Counted from the stretch's first letter, positions 1-10,173 are shown. The stretch: 64,000 nt of DNA from Candidatus Nomurabacteria bacterium (GCA_023898665.1 CP060233.1:484368-548367), one strand, 5' to 3'. Made by a program: numbers and translations. The notes: generated by a model from the sequence alone, not told the origin.

Positions 1-264
1 TTTAATTCCAAGAGCTTTGATTATTAAATCGTCAGTTGGTACTCCTGACACTCTAAACTCAAAAGTTCTGTCATCAAAAACTACTAGTTTTACAATTACG
101 TCATTACCACGTAGGTCTGCAGTTTCTGAGTTAAATGCATTTACAAAATCCATTGAGTTAAGCCCGTATTGACCCATAACTGCCCCTACTGGAGGCCCTG
201 CTGTTGCACCACCAGCTGGTACTCGCATTTTTAGATTAGCTACTATTTGTTTTGCAACTGCCAT
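1..264 (-). CDS. rplK: 50S ribosomal protein L11, N-terminal 88 codons (C-terminus lies beyond the window start)
   Basis: Absent from the ORF track because it runs off the edge. My translation of the minus strand from the ATG at 264 gives MAVAKQIVANLKMRVPAGGATAGPPVGAVMGQYGLNSMDFVNAFN...DRTFEFRVSGVPT. This fits the conserved L11 N-terminal pattern (PAG..P.PPVG..LGQ.G.N.M.F..AFN). Confidence 0.85.
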   Translation of the reverse strand, partial: MAVAKQIVANLKMRVPAGGATAGPPVGAVMGQYGLNSMDFVNAFNSETADLRGNDVIVKLVVFDDRTFEFRVSGVPTDDLIIKALGIK

Positions 265-379
265 ATTATTAATTTAATTAAACTTAATCTATTTAAGAAG
301 CGATTTAAGATTTATTTAGAATTGTCCAAATTCTTATATAATCTTTGTAACAGAGATTATTATAGCATATATTGTACAT

Positions 380-577
380 CTAAGAATAGTGGTTCCTGAC
401 TATATCTGTAAATAACGGTAATGCTAGCGTACATAGAGCGCCAATTTTTAAAGCGACACTTGAAGAGGCTTCAAAAAATACAGTAGAGTATGCATAGCCT
501 ACACAAAATCCAGCGACACTTGAAGTAATTGCTAAATCTCTTCTTTCTACCCTATTGTATTCTTGGGGTCTCTTCAT
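380..577 (-). CDS. small hydrophobic protein, tandem paralog of the upstream 75-aa ORF
   Basis: 65-aa ORF with one hydrophobic core. It has a similar layout (R..L....V.G...GY..S..FEA) to ORF 552..779 and overlaps it by 26 nt. Confidence 0.4.
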   Translation of the reverse strand: MKRPQEYNRVERRDLAITSSVAGFCVGYAYSTVFFEASSSVALKIGALCTLALPLFTDIVRNHYS

Positions 578-779
578 CGTAGTCTTCTAGTCTTGCTACA
601 AAGCCCGCCACCCCACCAAATCCACCTAATAGGGCTCCAGATAATAAACTTTCAGAAACTGATTTGCCAAAAAATGCCTCGAGAGAATAGCCTCCAAGTG
701 CACCAATAACTATTCCTGCTGGTAACGCAGCACGTTGTATAAAACTTAATTCAAATGCTTTCCTAATTCTTGTAGTCAT
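552..779 (-). CDS. small glycine-zipper-like membrane protein
   Basis: 75-aa ORF with G/A-rich hydrophobic stretches (GALGGYS, GALLGGFGGVAGF). Preceded by a motif promoter (817..827) with TTGCAC-N17-TATTAT. Confidence 0.5.
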   Translation of the reverse strand: MTTRIRKAFELSFIQRAALPAGIVIGALGGYSLEAFFGKSVSESLLSGALLGGFGGVAGFVARLEDYDEETPRIQ

Positions 780-816
780 CTTTGATCAAAATAATAATAC
801 TCCGTATAACTTAGTG

Positions 817-827
817 CAAGCTTAAGC
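817..827 (-). promoter_or_regulatory. CAAGCTTAAGC motif copy 1 (minus strand GCTTAAGCTTG fused to -35-like TTGCAC)
   Basis: Exact 11-mer. Minus-strand reading: GGCTTAAGCTTGCAC-N17-TATTAT, 11 nt before the ATG at 779. It overlaps the gltX stop codon (822..824). Confidence 0.55.
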
Positions 828-2231
828 CATAACTTTTAGAGAATTGTTTATTCTTTTAGTAACTCTATCTTTGCCTAAAACACTTAACATATCTGCTATC
901 CCAGGAGTGACTCGAGATCCGCTAACTGCGTTACGAATTAAAGCAAAGAGAATTCCTGGTTTGGTTTGGTGTACCTCTAAGAGCCCATTAAGTTTAGCTT
1001 GGATATCCTCTACTCCGAAACTAGAGTTTTGCAGTGTATCTAATGTGGATTCTAAAAGCTCTTTTGCAAAATCATCTTCTAGATTTTTTACATCCATAAG
1101 TTGTTCTTTAGTTAAGTTTGGTTCTTCAAAAAAGAAGTTAGTAAGTTCTGGGATCTCTTTTAAGAATTTAAGTCTTTCTTGGATTAAGGTTAAGACTTGC
1201 TTTTTATATTTTTCATTGGAGTTGTTAGCAGATTCTGACCAGAAGTCTTCAGAAAGTTCATATAATTCATCCACTGTTTTCATCCTTATATGATGACCGT
1301 TGATCCACTCTAGTCTTTTTATGTCGTAGTTTGCTCCTGATTTGCCTATACCATCAATTGAAAACTCTTTAATTAGTTCCTCAATAGAAAAAATCTCTTG
1401 TTTACTTCCTTTACCAGGATTCCAGCCGAGTAGTGCTAAAAAATTAAGAAGACCCTCTACTAGGACTCCATCTTGAAGGTATTCTAGAACGTCTTTAGCT
1501 CCATCACGTTTCCCGAGCTTTTTTTTACCGTTTTCAGCCATTATAGGTGCTAGAGTCACAAATTTTGGATGTTCGATCTCCAGAGCCTCATAAATATTTA
1601 GATATTTTGGTGTTGATGATATAAACTCATCCGCCCTAAATATGTGTGTTACACCCATCTCATAGTCATCAACTATGTGGCAGAAGTTATAAGTGGATAA
1701 TCCATCGGCTTTTATTAGAACTAAGTCGTCTATCGATTCAGGACCTGATGAGAGGTCACCCCTCACTTCATCATGCCAAGTATATTTTTTCGGATTTGAC
1801 TTAAGTCTTAGTGCATTTTTTCCATACTCCCAAGGTACGATTCTATCTGTAGTAATGTAATCTCTGTATAAAAACGGCTTTTTTTTACTCTGGGCATCGT
1901 TGCGCCAATCTGCTACTTCTTCTGGGGTAACATTATCAGCGTATGCTAAGCCTTTTTCATAAAGCATTTGGCCATACTTTTTGTGGACTTCTTTATTCTC
2001 TGATTGAAGAGCAAATTCATCCCAGTCTAAATTAACTGCTTGGAGTGTGTCTTTGATAATTTGTACCCCACCCTCGATTTCTCTTTTTTTGTCTGTATCT
2101 TCAATACGTAAGATGAACTTGCCTTTATTCTGCTTGGCTATCAACCACACAAATAGACCTGTCCTAACGGAGCCAATATGTATGGGACCGGTTGGGCTAG
2201 GACAAAAACGAACAACTACTTTTTCTGACAT
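822..2231 (-). CDS. gltX: glutamyl-tRNA synthetase
   Basis: 469 aa with the class I HIGH region (PSPTGPIHIGSVRTG), FILRIEDTD, and a KMSKS-like KKLGKRDG. Confidence 0.95.
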   Translation of the reverse strand: MSEKVVVRFCPSPTGPIHIGSVRTGLFVWLIAKQNKGKFILRIEDTDKKREIEGGVQIIKDTLQAVNLDWDEFALQSENKEVHKKYGQMLYEKGLAYADNVTPEEVADWRNDAQSKKKPFLYRDYITTDRIVPWEYGKNALRLKSNPKKYTWHDEVRGDLSSGPESIDDLVLIKADGLSTYNFCHIVDDYEMGVTHIFRADEFISSTPKYLNIYEALEIEHPKFVTLAPIMAENGKKKLGKRDGAKDVLEYLQDGVLVEGLLNFLALLGWNPGKGSKQEIFSIEELIKEFSIDGIGKSGANYDIKRLEWINGHHIRMKTVDELYELSEDFWSESANNSNEKYKKQVLTLIQERLKFLKEIPELTNFFFEEPNLTKEQLMDVKNLEDDFAKELLESTLDTLQNSSFGVEDIQAKLNGLLEVHQTKPGILFALIRNAVSGSRVTPGIADMLSVLGKDRVTKRINNSLKVMA

Positions 2232-2320
2232 CTTGAAGATTAATTATAGCAGAGCTGTACTATACTTGACTAGTTATACTTAGTCTTTTATAGTAAGATG
2301 TTTCACTTAGAAAAAAATTT

Positions 2321-2893
2321 ATGAGACATGTAAGTAAGGATGGACTTGCCCTAGCAAAAAGAGCAGCTTTAGTTTGTCCAAGTCAGAGCCTTTGTAGAGC
2401 CACATCAAATCCATTCGAAGCGCTAAACCCTCATGATGGGGCTAAGCGTGCTAACTGTATTGCAGGGGTTTTAATAATACAAGCCTTGAAACCGCATACA
2501 TACCCCCTCTTAACAGTTAGACATAGTGTTTATTACGGGCTCACTGGCCTTATCTCATCCCACTGGCTTGGTGCAAGCAGTTTTGGAGAATTTGTACATA
2601 TAGGCCTAGGTCCTGAGGTAGAAAACAGAAGGAGCTATGCTGAAAGGTATGAGGCATATTTAAGAAACAATGGCGAGATTGAAGAATTGACTGCAAAAGC
2701 AGCTTACTTAAGAGAGAGCAACCCAGTTGAGCAGATAGAGGTTTTGGATCGTGATGGTGAAATTGAGATTCACAGAATAGCCTTAACGGATGCTGATTTA
2801 TTACTCGATCATGTCGCAAATGGACGTACTATGGAAGAACTCAAGGAGATAGCCTCGGCCAAGTTAGAACAGACACTAAGAACTGTGTTATAA
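2321..2893 (+). CDS. hypothetical protein (true start uncertain; the N-terminal ~90 codons are atypical)
   Basis: 190-aa ORF in a GC-richer patch. The C-terminal half looks protein-like (GEIEELTAKAAYLRESNPVEQIEVLDRDGEIEIHRIALTDADLLLDH). TTGACT-N17-TATAGT lies upstream (~2254..2282). Confidence 0.4.
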   Translation: MRHVSKDGLALAKRAALVCPSQSLCRATSNPFEALNPHDGAKRANCIAGVLIIQALKPHTYPLLTVRHSVYYGLTGLISSHWLGASSFGEFVHIGLGPEVENRRSYAERYEAYLRNNGEIEELTAKAAYLRESNPVEQIEVLDRDGEIEIHRIALTDADLLLDHVANGRTMEELKEIASAKLEQTLRTVL

Positions 2894-2963
2894 TATTGTT
2901 TAACTTTGCCAGTGGTAAATTACTCTACTGGCTTTTTTAATCTCAATTTAACTCTCAAAACAT

Positions 2964-4775
2964 ATGGAAACAACAAAAATTAGAAATCTGGCGATTATCG
3001 CTCACGTCGATCACGGAAAAACAACTCTCGTAGATGGACTTTTAAAACAATCAAATACATTCCGAGATAATCAGTCGGAAATGAGCCAAAGCTTAATCAT
3101 GGATAAACTTGCTCAAGAAAAAGAGCGTGGAATAACTATCACAGCTAAGATTACGGCAATAAATCATGAGGACTATAAATTCAATATCATTGACACTCCT
3201 GGACACGCTGACTTTGGCGGTGAGGTGGAAAGAACTCTAGGTATGGCAGATGGTTGTCTTCTAGTGGTCGACGCCCAAGAAGGACCAATGCCCCAAACAA
3301 AGTTTGTACTTGGCAAAGCACTTGCTGCCGGACTTAAGCCAATAGTTATTATTAATAAGATTGATAAGGAAGGTTCTAGAATTGCAGAAGTTGAAGATGA
3401 GCTTGCTGATTTGTTCTTAGAACTCGCTACAGATGAAGATCAACTACATTACCCTATATATTATGCAATCGGACGGGATGCAAAAGCTTGGGAAAAATTG
3501 CCAACAGATCCAAGTGCTCCTGGAGATTTGTCTTGCATATTTAAAGCGATTGTTGAGAAGATTCCGGCCCCTAAAGTTGAAGATGGCCCAACTCAACTGC
3601 TAATAACAAGCTTAGAGTGGGATAATTTTAAAGGTAAATATACCGTTGGTAAACTTGGTAGGGGTGGAATTAAGAAAAACCAACAAATGGTTTTAATGAA
3701 GAAAGATGGACTCCAAGTTAAGTTTAAAGTGGTGGATCTATTCACTTTTAAAGGCCTAGGGAAAGAAGAAGCAAATGAGGTACCTGCCGGAGATCTAGTC
3801 GCTTTTACCGGTGCTGAAAAAGCAGAGATTGGCGAAACAGTCTGTGACGAATCTAGGCCAGAAGCATTACCTATTTTAGAAGTAGAAGCACCAACTTTAA
3901 AGATGTACTTGGGTCCAAATACATCTCCGCTTAAGGGACAAGAGGGTGAGTTCACGACTTCTAGACAAATTGGAGACAGACTCAAAAGAGAGCTTGAGAC
4001 AAATGTAAGTCTAAGAGTTAAAGACGATGGTATTGGATTTATTGTCTCAGGTCGCGGCGAACTACATCTAAGTGTACTGATTGAAGACTTAAGACGAGAA
4101 GGGTTTGAGCTCGAAGTTGGACGCCCTCAAGTTGTTACAAAAGAAGTTGACGGAAAAGTTATGGAGCCACTTGAAGAATTAACAATTGAAGTTCCTCAAG
4201 AGTTTGTTGGTGCAGTACAAACTGAGCTTGGTGCTAGGCGTGCTCAATTGCAATCTCAAGAAGTTAACCTAAGAGGAGTTAGGCTTGTTTACCAAATTCC
4301 TACAAGGGCTTTGATTGGCTTGAGAGGTTTAATGTTGACTGCTACAAAAGGTAACGCCGTAATGAGTAGTTTGACAATTGGATATCAGCCTCTTGGAGGT
4401 AATATCCCTCAAACTCGAAATGGTGCTCTTATTAGCTTTGAGACTGGCGTAGCCACACCTTATTCTTTAGAAAATGCCCAGGAGCGTGGAACTGTCTTTA
4501 TTAAGCCAACAGAAAAAGTTTACATGGGACAGATCATCGGCTTGAATTTACGTAAAGAAGATATGGAAGTTAATATCTGTAAAGAAAAGCATTTAACAAA
4601 TATCCGATCATCGAGTTCTGACGGCACTGTTCAGCTAACTCCAGCTACTATTTTAAGTCTAGAGGAGAGTTTAGACTTTTTAGAGGACGACGAATTACTA
4701 GAAGTCACTCCCAAAAACTTAAGACTACGAAAACGCTTCTTAAATGCCAACGAACGCAAGAAGAATAAGAAATAG
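2964..4775 (+). CDS. typA: translational GTPase TypA/BipA
   Basis: 603 aa with [10 protein letters not shown] (G1), [14 protein letters not shown] (G3), NKIDK (G4), and EF-G-like domain order. Confidence 0.95.
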   Translation: METTKIRNLAIIAHVDHGKTTLVDGLLKQSNTFRDNQSEMSQSLIMDKLAQEKERGITITAKITAINHEDYKFNIIDTPGHADFGGEVERTLGMADGCLLVVDAQEGPMPQTKFVLGKALAAGLKPIVIINKIDKEGSRIAEVEDELADLFLELATDEDQLHYPIYYAIGRDAKAWEKLPTDPSAPGDLSCIFKAIVEKIPAPKVEDGPTQLLITSLEWDNFKGKYTVGKLGRGGIKKNQQMVLMKKDGLQVKFKVVDLFTFKGLGKEEANEVPAGDLVAFTGAEKAEIGETVCDESRPEALPILEVEAPTLKMYLGPNTSPLKGQEGEFTTSRQIGDRLKRELETNVSLRVKDDGIGFIVSGRGELHLSVLIEDLRREGFELEVGRPQVVTKEVDGKVMEPLEELTIEVPQEFVGAVQTELGARRAQLQSQEVNLRGVRLVYQIPTRALIGLRGLMLTATKGNAVMSSLTIGYQPLGGNIPQTRNGALISFETGVATPYSLENAQERGTVFIKPTEKVYMGQIIGLNLRKEDMEVNICKEKHLTNIRSSSSDGTVQLTPATILSLEESLDFLEDDELLEVTPKNLRLRKRFLNANERKKNKK

Positions 4776-5480
4776 TTACAGCTGCAGAGTTGATTGTTCT
4801 GAAGTAATAGCAGGGCCTTGTTGACGAACTTTTTTTGGTCGGTATTTTGACCACCAATCGAAAATGTGTTTGGAAGCAGATGCCTCCTGAATTTGCTCTT
4901 CTTTAGGTGCGGGCATCCCCGGTGGACGTACACTAAATGATTTATTAGAAAAGAGCTTAAATGCAGTCACCCCTGCTGGCTCTTTTTTAGGAGAGCTCTT
5001 GGATCGTATCTGTATGCCTATTAGTTCGGCAAATGCTGGTTCTGATATCTCAAAATCTAACATAGCTAATGGACACTTACCTAGCTCAGCTAGTATACAT
5101 GACCTCTTACATTCAGATACTCCATAAGCTTTTTCATTCTCAGTAACTGCAAGCCTGGCTAGCTTCCTTACATTAGTTATAATGCTGGCAAGGTTAATAT
5201 TACCTTCGTAAAACCTGTGCGGGGCCTGTGTTATCTCATGGAGGCACCTTTGAGTAGCTTCGCGGGCAAATGCTTGGCTCTTTTCTACTACACCAACAGA
5301 AAGATCAAAAAGTCTGTCGGGATCTTCCACCGGTAAAGGCGTTGCTGTTTCGTCTATTACAGTTTTTAGCCTATTATCTTCTTCGCCAGGTAGCACAGCT
5401 ATTATATCGCTGCCTACTGGACCACCAGGATCAATAAAATTGGGATAACCTCCACTTGGACCATCGGGGCCTTTTGCCAT
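4776..5480 (-). CDS. hypothetical protein (GC-richer orphan ORF)
   Basis: 234-aa uninterrupted ORF, convergent with typA and directly abutting its stop codon. No domain recognised. Contains ECKRSCILAELGKC. Confidence 0.55.
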   Translation of the reverse strand: MAKGPDGPSGGYPNFIDPGGPVGSDIIAVLPGEEDNRLKTVIDETATPLPVEDPDRLFDLSVGVVEKSQAFAREATQRCLHEITQAPHRFYEGNINLASIITNVRKLARLAVTENEKAYGVSECKRSCILAELGKCPLAMLDFEISEPAFAELIGIQIRSKSSPKKEPAGVTAFKLFSNKSFSVRPPGMPAPKEEQIQEASASKHIFDWWSKYRPKKVRQQGPAITSEQSTLQL

Positions 5481-5557
5481 TTCTTCTACCCTACTTTTGA
5501 TTTTTAAATACTTCTAACAAAGACTATAGCACTAGATCTAATATGTTACTAAGACTA

Positions 5558-6214
5558 TTAGCTACTAGTTGTTTGATCTACAAGGTTTTGTAAATTTTGG
5601 AGCTCTTGATATGGATCTGATGATTTATGTATAGAACCACCAACATAAAATACATCAATGCCTGCTTTTGCTAGATCTTCAATATTATCTTTATTGATTC
5701 CGCCATCCCATGCTATTTCTATATTAGACTTAATGTTCTTAATTTCTTTTATTTTAGAAATTAGATTTAAATCTGCGGTTCCTCCGTACTCGCCAAGGTT
5801 GCCAGAAAAAATCAACGCTTGATCAGCAAGTAATATTAGTTGAGAGAAATCTTTTGGATCTGACTTTTTGAGAAGTGCAATACCTAAAGAGCAAGAAGAA
5901 TCTTTAATTAGCTTAATTGATTCTATGAGATTACTATCATCTGATTCTACTTGCAAAATAATCAATTTTGGAGGATGAGTTAAGTTTAAAAGAAACTTAA
6001 TGACATCTAGAGGTTTCTGATACATAACATGTACTGAGTAAGTTAAAACAGGATCAAGATATGTATTTCTGAAATCTACTAGATTAGTAGAGCCTGAGAA
6101 GTCACTGCTTGCTAAATCTAAATGAGCGTAATCAGAAATACTGGAAATTAAATCTGTTTGAGTTGTAAAATCGTGGACACCAAGTGCGGTGATTGTGGGT
6201 ACTACTATCCTCAT
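5558..6214 (-). CDS. ribulose-phosphate 3-epimerase-like TIM-barrel protein (divergent)
   Basis: 218 aa. By-eye alignment to the Rpe pattern: HLDL..SDF (HVDVMDG.F), VHVM (DVHLM), LIFSGNLGEYGG (IMSVNPGFGGQ), IAWDGGIN (IEVDGGI), AGIDVFYVGGSI (AGA...V.GSAIF). Confidence 0.6.
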   Translation of the reverse strand: MRIVVPTITALGVHDFTTQTDLISSISDYAHLDLASSDFSGSTNLVDFRNTYLDPVLTYSVHVMYQKPLDVIKFLLNLTHPPKLIILQVESDDSNLIESIKLIKDSSCSLGIALLKKSDPKDFSQLILLADQALIFSGNLGEYGGTADLNLISKIKEIKNIKSNIEIAWDGGINKDNIEDLAKAGIDVFYVGGSIHKSSDPYQELQNLQNLVDQTTSS

Positions 6215-6234
6215 AAGTCTTTAATCTCAATTTT

Positions 6235-7257
6235 TTAAGTATTTAGTATTCCAATTACCGGTAGTTTATTCAAGACTCTTTTACCATGCGGTGATTGATT
6301 AATAAGAGAACTTAAGTCTTCACCACATTTAGCTTGTCCGCCAGACGGTCCATGCTCGCCGTTTCTCCACTGCTCATTGCTGCTGGCATCATATACATTT
6401 CCGTCTACAGCGACTAGACACTTATTCCCATTCAATCCATTACTTTTATTTAACTGCTCTAGAGTTATTCTTTCGTTTGATGATGAACTTTGGGTTATAT
6501 TACTTGAACTTACGTGATTATCGAGCGCAGCATCGTTTTTAACCCTGCTTTGACGAGATATTGCAAAGCTAATAAATAACATTCCCGCAAATACTAAGCT
6601 GATAATAAAAACTTCTATATATTTGGTAAGTTGTTTTTTATTAACGTATTTGTCGTAATAGAAAAACAATAAGCTTAGCCCATATAGTAGCCATACGTAC
6701 TTAAAATGTTCTGAGTTGATTACAAAACCTAATTTAAATCCATGAGCAATTATTAGTAGCATGGCTAAATCGTTAAGCTTAAGAACTGTATTCCAAACTT
6801 TTGGTTTAGATTTTAAATATTTTTTTAGTTCAAATGATAAGAATATAAAAAGAGATATAGTACCTAAAGAAATAAATAAGTAGCCTAAAGTGCCGGCATA
6901 ATTCTTTAGGCTTGAGGGAGGATTACCCAAACCTAGATTATTAAGGTGTAAAATAATACCTATTGGGTGAGCAATAATTGCTAGCAGAACAAATCTTTGA
7001 GAAATTTTAAATGTTTTAGATGTATCTAAGTTCGGATCAAAGTTTGTTTTTAAAAAACCTGAGAGATAGTGTACCCACATAAATCCAAAAGCTAGTAATG
7101 CAAGCAAGCTTGGTATAGAAAATCCACTAAGGTTACCCTTATAGACCTCATTCCACCCGAGTAGTGTTACCGAAATAACGGCTAGATAACTTGCATTTAT
7201 CAAATTCTTACTTTGATTAAAGTTTATTGGTTGTTTAATAGTTTTTTTAAAATTCAT
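6235..7257 (-). CDS. polytopic membrane protein with C-terminal cytochrome b5-like heme/steroid-binding-type domain
   Basis: 340 aa with about 7 hydrophobic helices. The C-terminus (CLVAVDGNVYDASSNEQWRNGEHGPSGGQAKCGEDLSSLINQSPHGKRVLNKLPVIGIL) resembles COG4892-type domains, judged from memory. Confidence 0.5.
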   Translation of the reverse strand: MNFKKTIKQPINFNQSKNLINASYLAVISVTLLGWNEVYKGNLSGFSIPSLLALLAFGFMWVHYLSGFLKTNFDPNLDTSKTFKISQRFVLLAIIAHPIGIILHLNNLGLGNPPSSLKNYAGTLGYLFISLGTISLFIFLSFELKKYLKSKPKVWNTVLKLNDLAMLLIIAHGFKLGFVINSEHFKYVWLLYGLSLLFFYYDKYVNKKQLTKYIEVFIISLVFAGMLFISFAISRQSRVKNDAALDNHVSSSNITQSSSSNERITLEQLNKSNGLNGNKCLVAVDGNVYDASSNEQWRNGEHGPSGGQAKCGEDLSSLINQSPHGKRVLNKLPVIGILNT

Positions 7258-7260
7258 ATC

Positions 7261-8811
7261 TTAATCTTTAAATTTAATTTCAGATATTTTATCTAAACCT
7301 GGCTGTACTTCATTTATTGTAATGGTTTTATTTTTACTCTTTATAAAGTAACTAAAGACTTGACTTGTTGATGTTATCTCGTTCAAATAATTTCCGTCAT
7401 AATCTATATAGAAGATTTTTTCATCAGTTGTTTTAAGTTGTAAGTGTTCTGAATCTATCCATGAGAAATCATTTATTTTCAAATTATTTAATGTGAAAGT
7501 TTGCGATGACTCTTTTTCGAAGTTGTATATAAAAAGTGTGTTTTCTGATAAATGTATAGCGATATATGTACCAGGCTGTGGCGAACCTTGAATGCTTTCT
7601 TTAATTTGATTTGACTTCATACTCTCAAACGTAGAAAGGAAAAGTGGATTCGATACTTTTGTATTATCATCCATAGAGTCTAATGGGTTTTTATAAATGA
7701 TAAGTTCTTTATTGTATAAATTTGATATTGATAGATAATAGTCTCTCCTATTAGCCGTATACTGAAAGTCTAGATCTTTCGGATTACCAACAAAAAGAGT
7801 GTTAACTAGTTTTGGGGAGTTTTGATCATCTTTGATTAATACTTGAATGCCTGGCTTCTCAGCATCTTTACTTGTTTTAGAGTAAACATATTTACTATTT
7901 CTAAAATTGTTAAAATCTAAAACTTCTATATCAATAATCTGCTCTTTAACTAAACTTACAGGGTTGTAAATTGCTAGTTCACCATTTTTATTTAAGTAAA
8001 GCTTTGATTTGTCGTCGTATCTGTACTGATTTATTCCTACTCCTACAGAATTAGTTAGATTAGTAGATTCTGCTGGAGCATCAACTCTTAGATTTATTAG
8101 TTCTTTATTATCATCAAAAGTGTGCTCTAAAAATATAGAGTCACCATTGGGGCTCCACTTATCGAATTTAATGTCACCCAAGCTCCCGTCAGCTTGTCGA
8201 GTAAAGATTTGACTTGGGACTATAATGGTATTACTTATGTTTGCAGGATCATCCTCTTTTAAGTTTAGCTCCTCAAATATGTAAGATTGAGCTAAGCTTA
8301 GACCACTTTTGGATACGGCTATTACTTTTGAGTCAGAGTTTAAACTTGAATAAGTCTTTTTAGGTATGTTTGTGAGAATGTCTTTAGAGACTAAACTATT
8401 AGGAATTAAATATGGATAATAAAACCACTCGACTTCTTCTGCTTTTATGCTAAAGTTTTTTTCCCACGTTCTGTAACCGTTAGCCTCTAGTCTTAAGTTG
8501 TGGCTCCCTTCATCAATCTCTAGTTTATAATCTGTTTTTTTACCGATGTCTTTACCGTCAATGTAAATTTTTGAAGATATGGGCGCAGAATTGATTAAAA
8601 GGATACCTCGTTTTTCTACTCTGCCATTTTTTGTAAATGTATAACCTTTTGCTCGGTAAAAGATTAATACGCTCAAAAAAATAGTTAGTGCTGTAAAAAA
8701 AGTATATAATGTGACTCTTTTTATAAATTTTGCACGAGGCTCATGAGCATAAGTCACCTTGTGATAGGAGTTTTTTCGCGGCTTTTTTGTTTTTGATATT
8801 TTTTTTGCCAT
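7261..8811 (-). CDS. membrane-anchored PEGA-domain protein
   Basis: 516 aa with an N-terminal TM helix followed by a PEGA-like segment (INSAPISSKIYIDGKDIGKKTDYKLEIDEGSHNLRLEANGYRTWEKNFSI). Confidence 0.7.
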   Translation of the reverse strand: MAKKISKTKKPRKNSYHKVTYAHEPRAKFIKRVTLYTFFTALTIFLSVLIFYRAKGYTFTKNGRVEKRGILLINSAPISSKIYIDGKDIGKKTDYKLEIDEGSHNLRLEANGYRTWEKNFSIKAEEVEWFYYPYLIPNSLVSKDILTNIPKKTYSSLNSDSKVIAVSKSGLSLAQSYIFEELNLKEDDPANISNTIIVPSQIFTRQADGSLGDIKFDKWSPNGDSIFLEHTFDDNKELINLRVDAPAESTNLTNSVGVGINQYRYDDKSKLYLNKNGELAIYNPVSLVKEQIIDIEVLDFNNFRNSKYVYSKTSKDAEKPGIQVLIKDDQNSPKLVNTLFVGNPKDLDFQYTANRRDYYLSISNLYNKELIIYKNPLDSMDDNTKVSNPLFLSTFESMKSNQIKESIQGSPQPGTYIAIHLSENTLFIYNFEKESSQTFTLNNLKINDFSWIDSEHLQLKTTDEKIFYIDYDGNYLNEITSTSQVFSYFIKSKNKTITINEVQPGLDKISEIKFKD

Positions 8812-8919
8812 CTAGTACTTAGATTTTAGCAAAAATAACTAAGAAATGTGATGATTATTTTTAATATGGCTTCTGTTAAACTTAAAAACATAAGAGTAAT
8901 ATATAAAGTGAACATATAA

Positions 8920-10173
8920 ATGCCTCAATCAACTCCTACAGCAAACAAAAAAAGGAGAGCAAAGAATAATTTAAATAATTTTGACATTAGTCAGATCGAG
9001 GCTGACTTAATGGCGGTGGAGGCAGAAACTCTAGATCTTGATAACTCTCCAGAAAAGAAAAAAGTGGGGATATCGACTAAAGAGAGTAATACAGCATCTT
9101 CTATCAACTCAAGTACACCTAAATCAGTATCCTACGACCCTCGTCCAGTTAACGTTGTAGATTTTAGCCCAGATAGTTCTAAACTGCTTCACAAAGTCTT
9201 AAGAGAAGATAAAAAACCTAAATCAACTTCTAGTGCTTCGAGCAATGTTGTAGCTCCAAAAAAACCACCTAAAAATTTAAAGTTTAATTCTTTCAAACCT
9301 TCAAATAAATTAAGCTTAGGAGGTATGGACGGATTCAAGAAGAACTCAAGTTTTTCAACTTCCTTTAGTGTTGAGCCATCCGCTAACCAATCTAACGGTG
9401 CTGAAACTGAGCCAGCAAAGACTTTGGTTAACGAGTCAATTGTCAACCCTTCTGTAAGTACATCTAATGTTGCGCTTGCTGGACTTAATAGAGCTAACCA
9501 GTTCAATAGATACATGCTCGAACAACATAAAACTTCACTGCAAAATCAAATTGAAAAAAAATCACTCTTTGAGCGAAGTCTAGATGGTGATATTGAAATT
9601 TTTGACAAAGGGCTACAGACAAACAATGGCAAAAAAGTTTACAATGTAAAAAGGAGAAAATCTATGTTAGGCGGAGTAGATCAATATGACCTAGGACCTG
9701 GAAGAGTCAAAAAAGCTCTTTCTTATCGACCTATGAGGTTTATACTGCCTGTAATTGCATTATTTATTGTGGGTACATATGTAATGTATCTGAATATACC
9801 TTCGATTAATATTAAAGTGGCTGAGAATAAATCTGGAGTAGCAGTCTCAGAACCGAGTTATACACCGGAGGGATACAAGCTCTCTAACTCAATTGAAGTA
9901 GAAACTGGAAAAGTCGAATTAAGTTTTAAGAAGAGTGATGGTGATGCATACAATGTGTCTCAAAAAGTAAGTGATTGGGACTCAAAAGCTCTTTTAGAAA
10001 ATAAAATACTTAAAGAAACTAAAGAATATAGTGCTTTTACGGATAGAGGCTTAACAATTTATGTTTACGATGATAAAGCAACTTGGGTAAACCAGGGCAA
10101 GGTTTATGAGATACAACTTGATGGTTCTAATATCGACACAGAAGAAATGGTTAGAATAGCTGGGAGTATGTAG
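8920..10173 (+). CDS. membrane-anchored protein with low-complexity N-terminal region (C-terminal DUF4367-like, from memory)
   Basis: 417 aa with an S/P/K-rich N-terminus, one TM helix (FILPVIALFIVGTYVMYL), and a globular C-terminus. Confidence 0.5.
   Translation: MPQSTPTANKKRRAKNNLNNFDISQIEADLMAVEAETLDLDNSPEKKKVGISTKESNTASSINSSTPKSVSYDPRPVNVVDFSPDSSKLLHKVLREDKKPKSTSSASSNVVAPKKPPKNLKFNSFKPSNKLSLGGMDGFKKNSSFSTSFSVEPSANQSNGAETEPAKTLVNESIVNPSVSTSNVALAGLNRANQFNRYMLEQHKTSLQNQIEKKSLFERSLDGDIEIFDKGLQTNNGKKVYNVKRRKSMLGGVDQYDLGPGRVKKALSYRPMRFILPVIALFIVGTYVMYLNIPSINIKVAENKSGVAVSEPSYTPEGYKLSNSIEVETGKVELSFKKSDGDAYNVSQKVSDWDSKALLENKILKETKEYSAFTDRGLTIYVYDDKATWVNQGKVYEIQLDGSNIDTEEMVRIAGSM

Noticed and set aside
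844-1293. 149-aa + strand ORF, and similar track ORFs such as 2047..2283, 3593..3985, 9189..9515, 10964..11251, 11583..12029, 14805..15185, the several ORFs inside 41.5-43.7 kb, 47.2, 48.3-49.5, 50.3-52.5, 53.1-54.5, 57.4-60.6, and 63.0-64.0 kb
   Set aside because: They lie entirely antisense to, or out of frame within, well-supported genes (gltX, typA, MFS, kinase, copper ATPase, res, mod, helicase, terminase). They have low-complexity, Ser/Leu-rich shadow-ORF composition and no independent start context.
2321-2620. Possible RNase P RNA, tmRNA, SRP RNA or 6S RNA
   Set aside because: The conserved cores are absent by eye. These are GAGGAAAGTCCGGGC and ACAGAACCCGGCTTA for RNase P, the tRNA-Ala-like ends and tag ORF for tmRNA, and the SRP domain IV motif. 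Only vague resemblances were found (AGGATGGACTTGCC, ACAGAAGGAGCTATG). The region is kept only as a low-interest open question.
4631-4933. 100-aa minus-strand ORF spanning the typA stop and the end of ORF 4776..5480
   Set aside because: It overlaps two better-supported genes out of frame. Its composition (Ser/Leu/Lys-rich) is typical of a shadow ORF.
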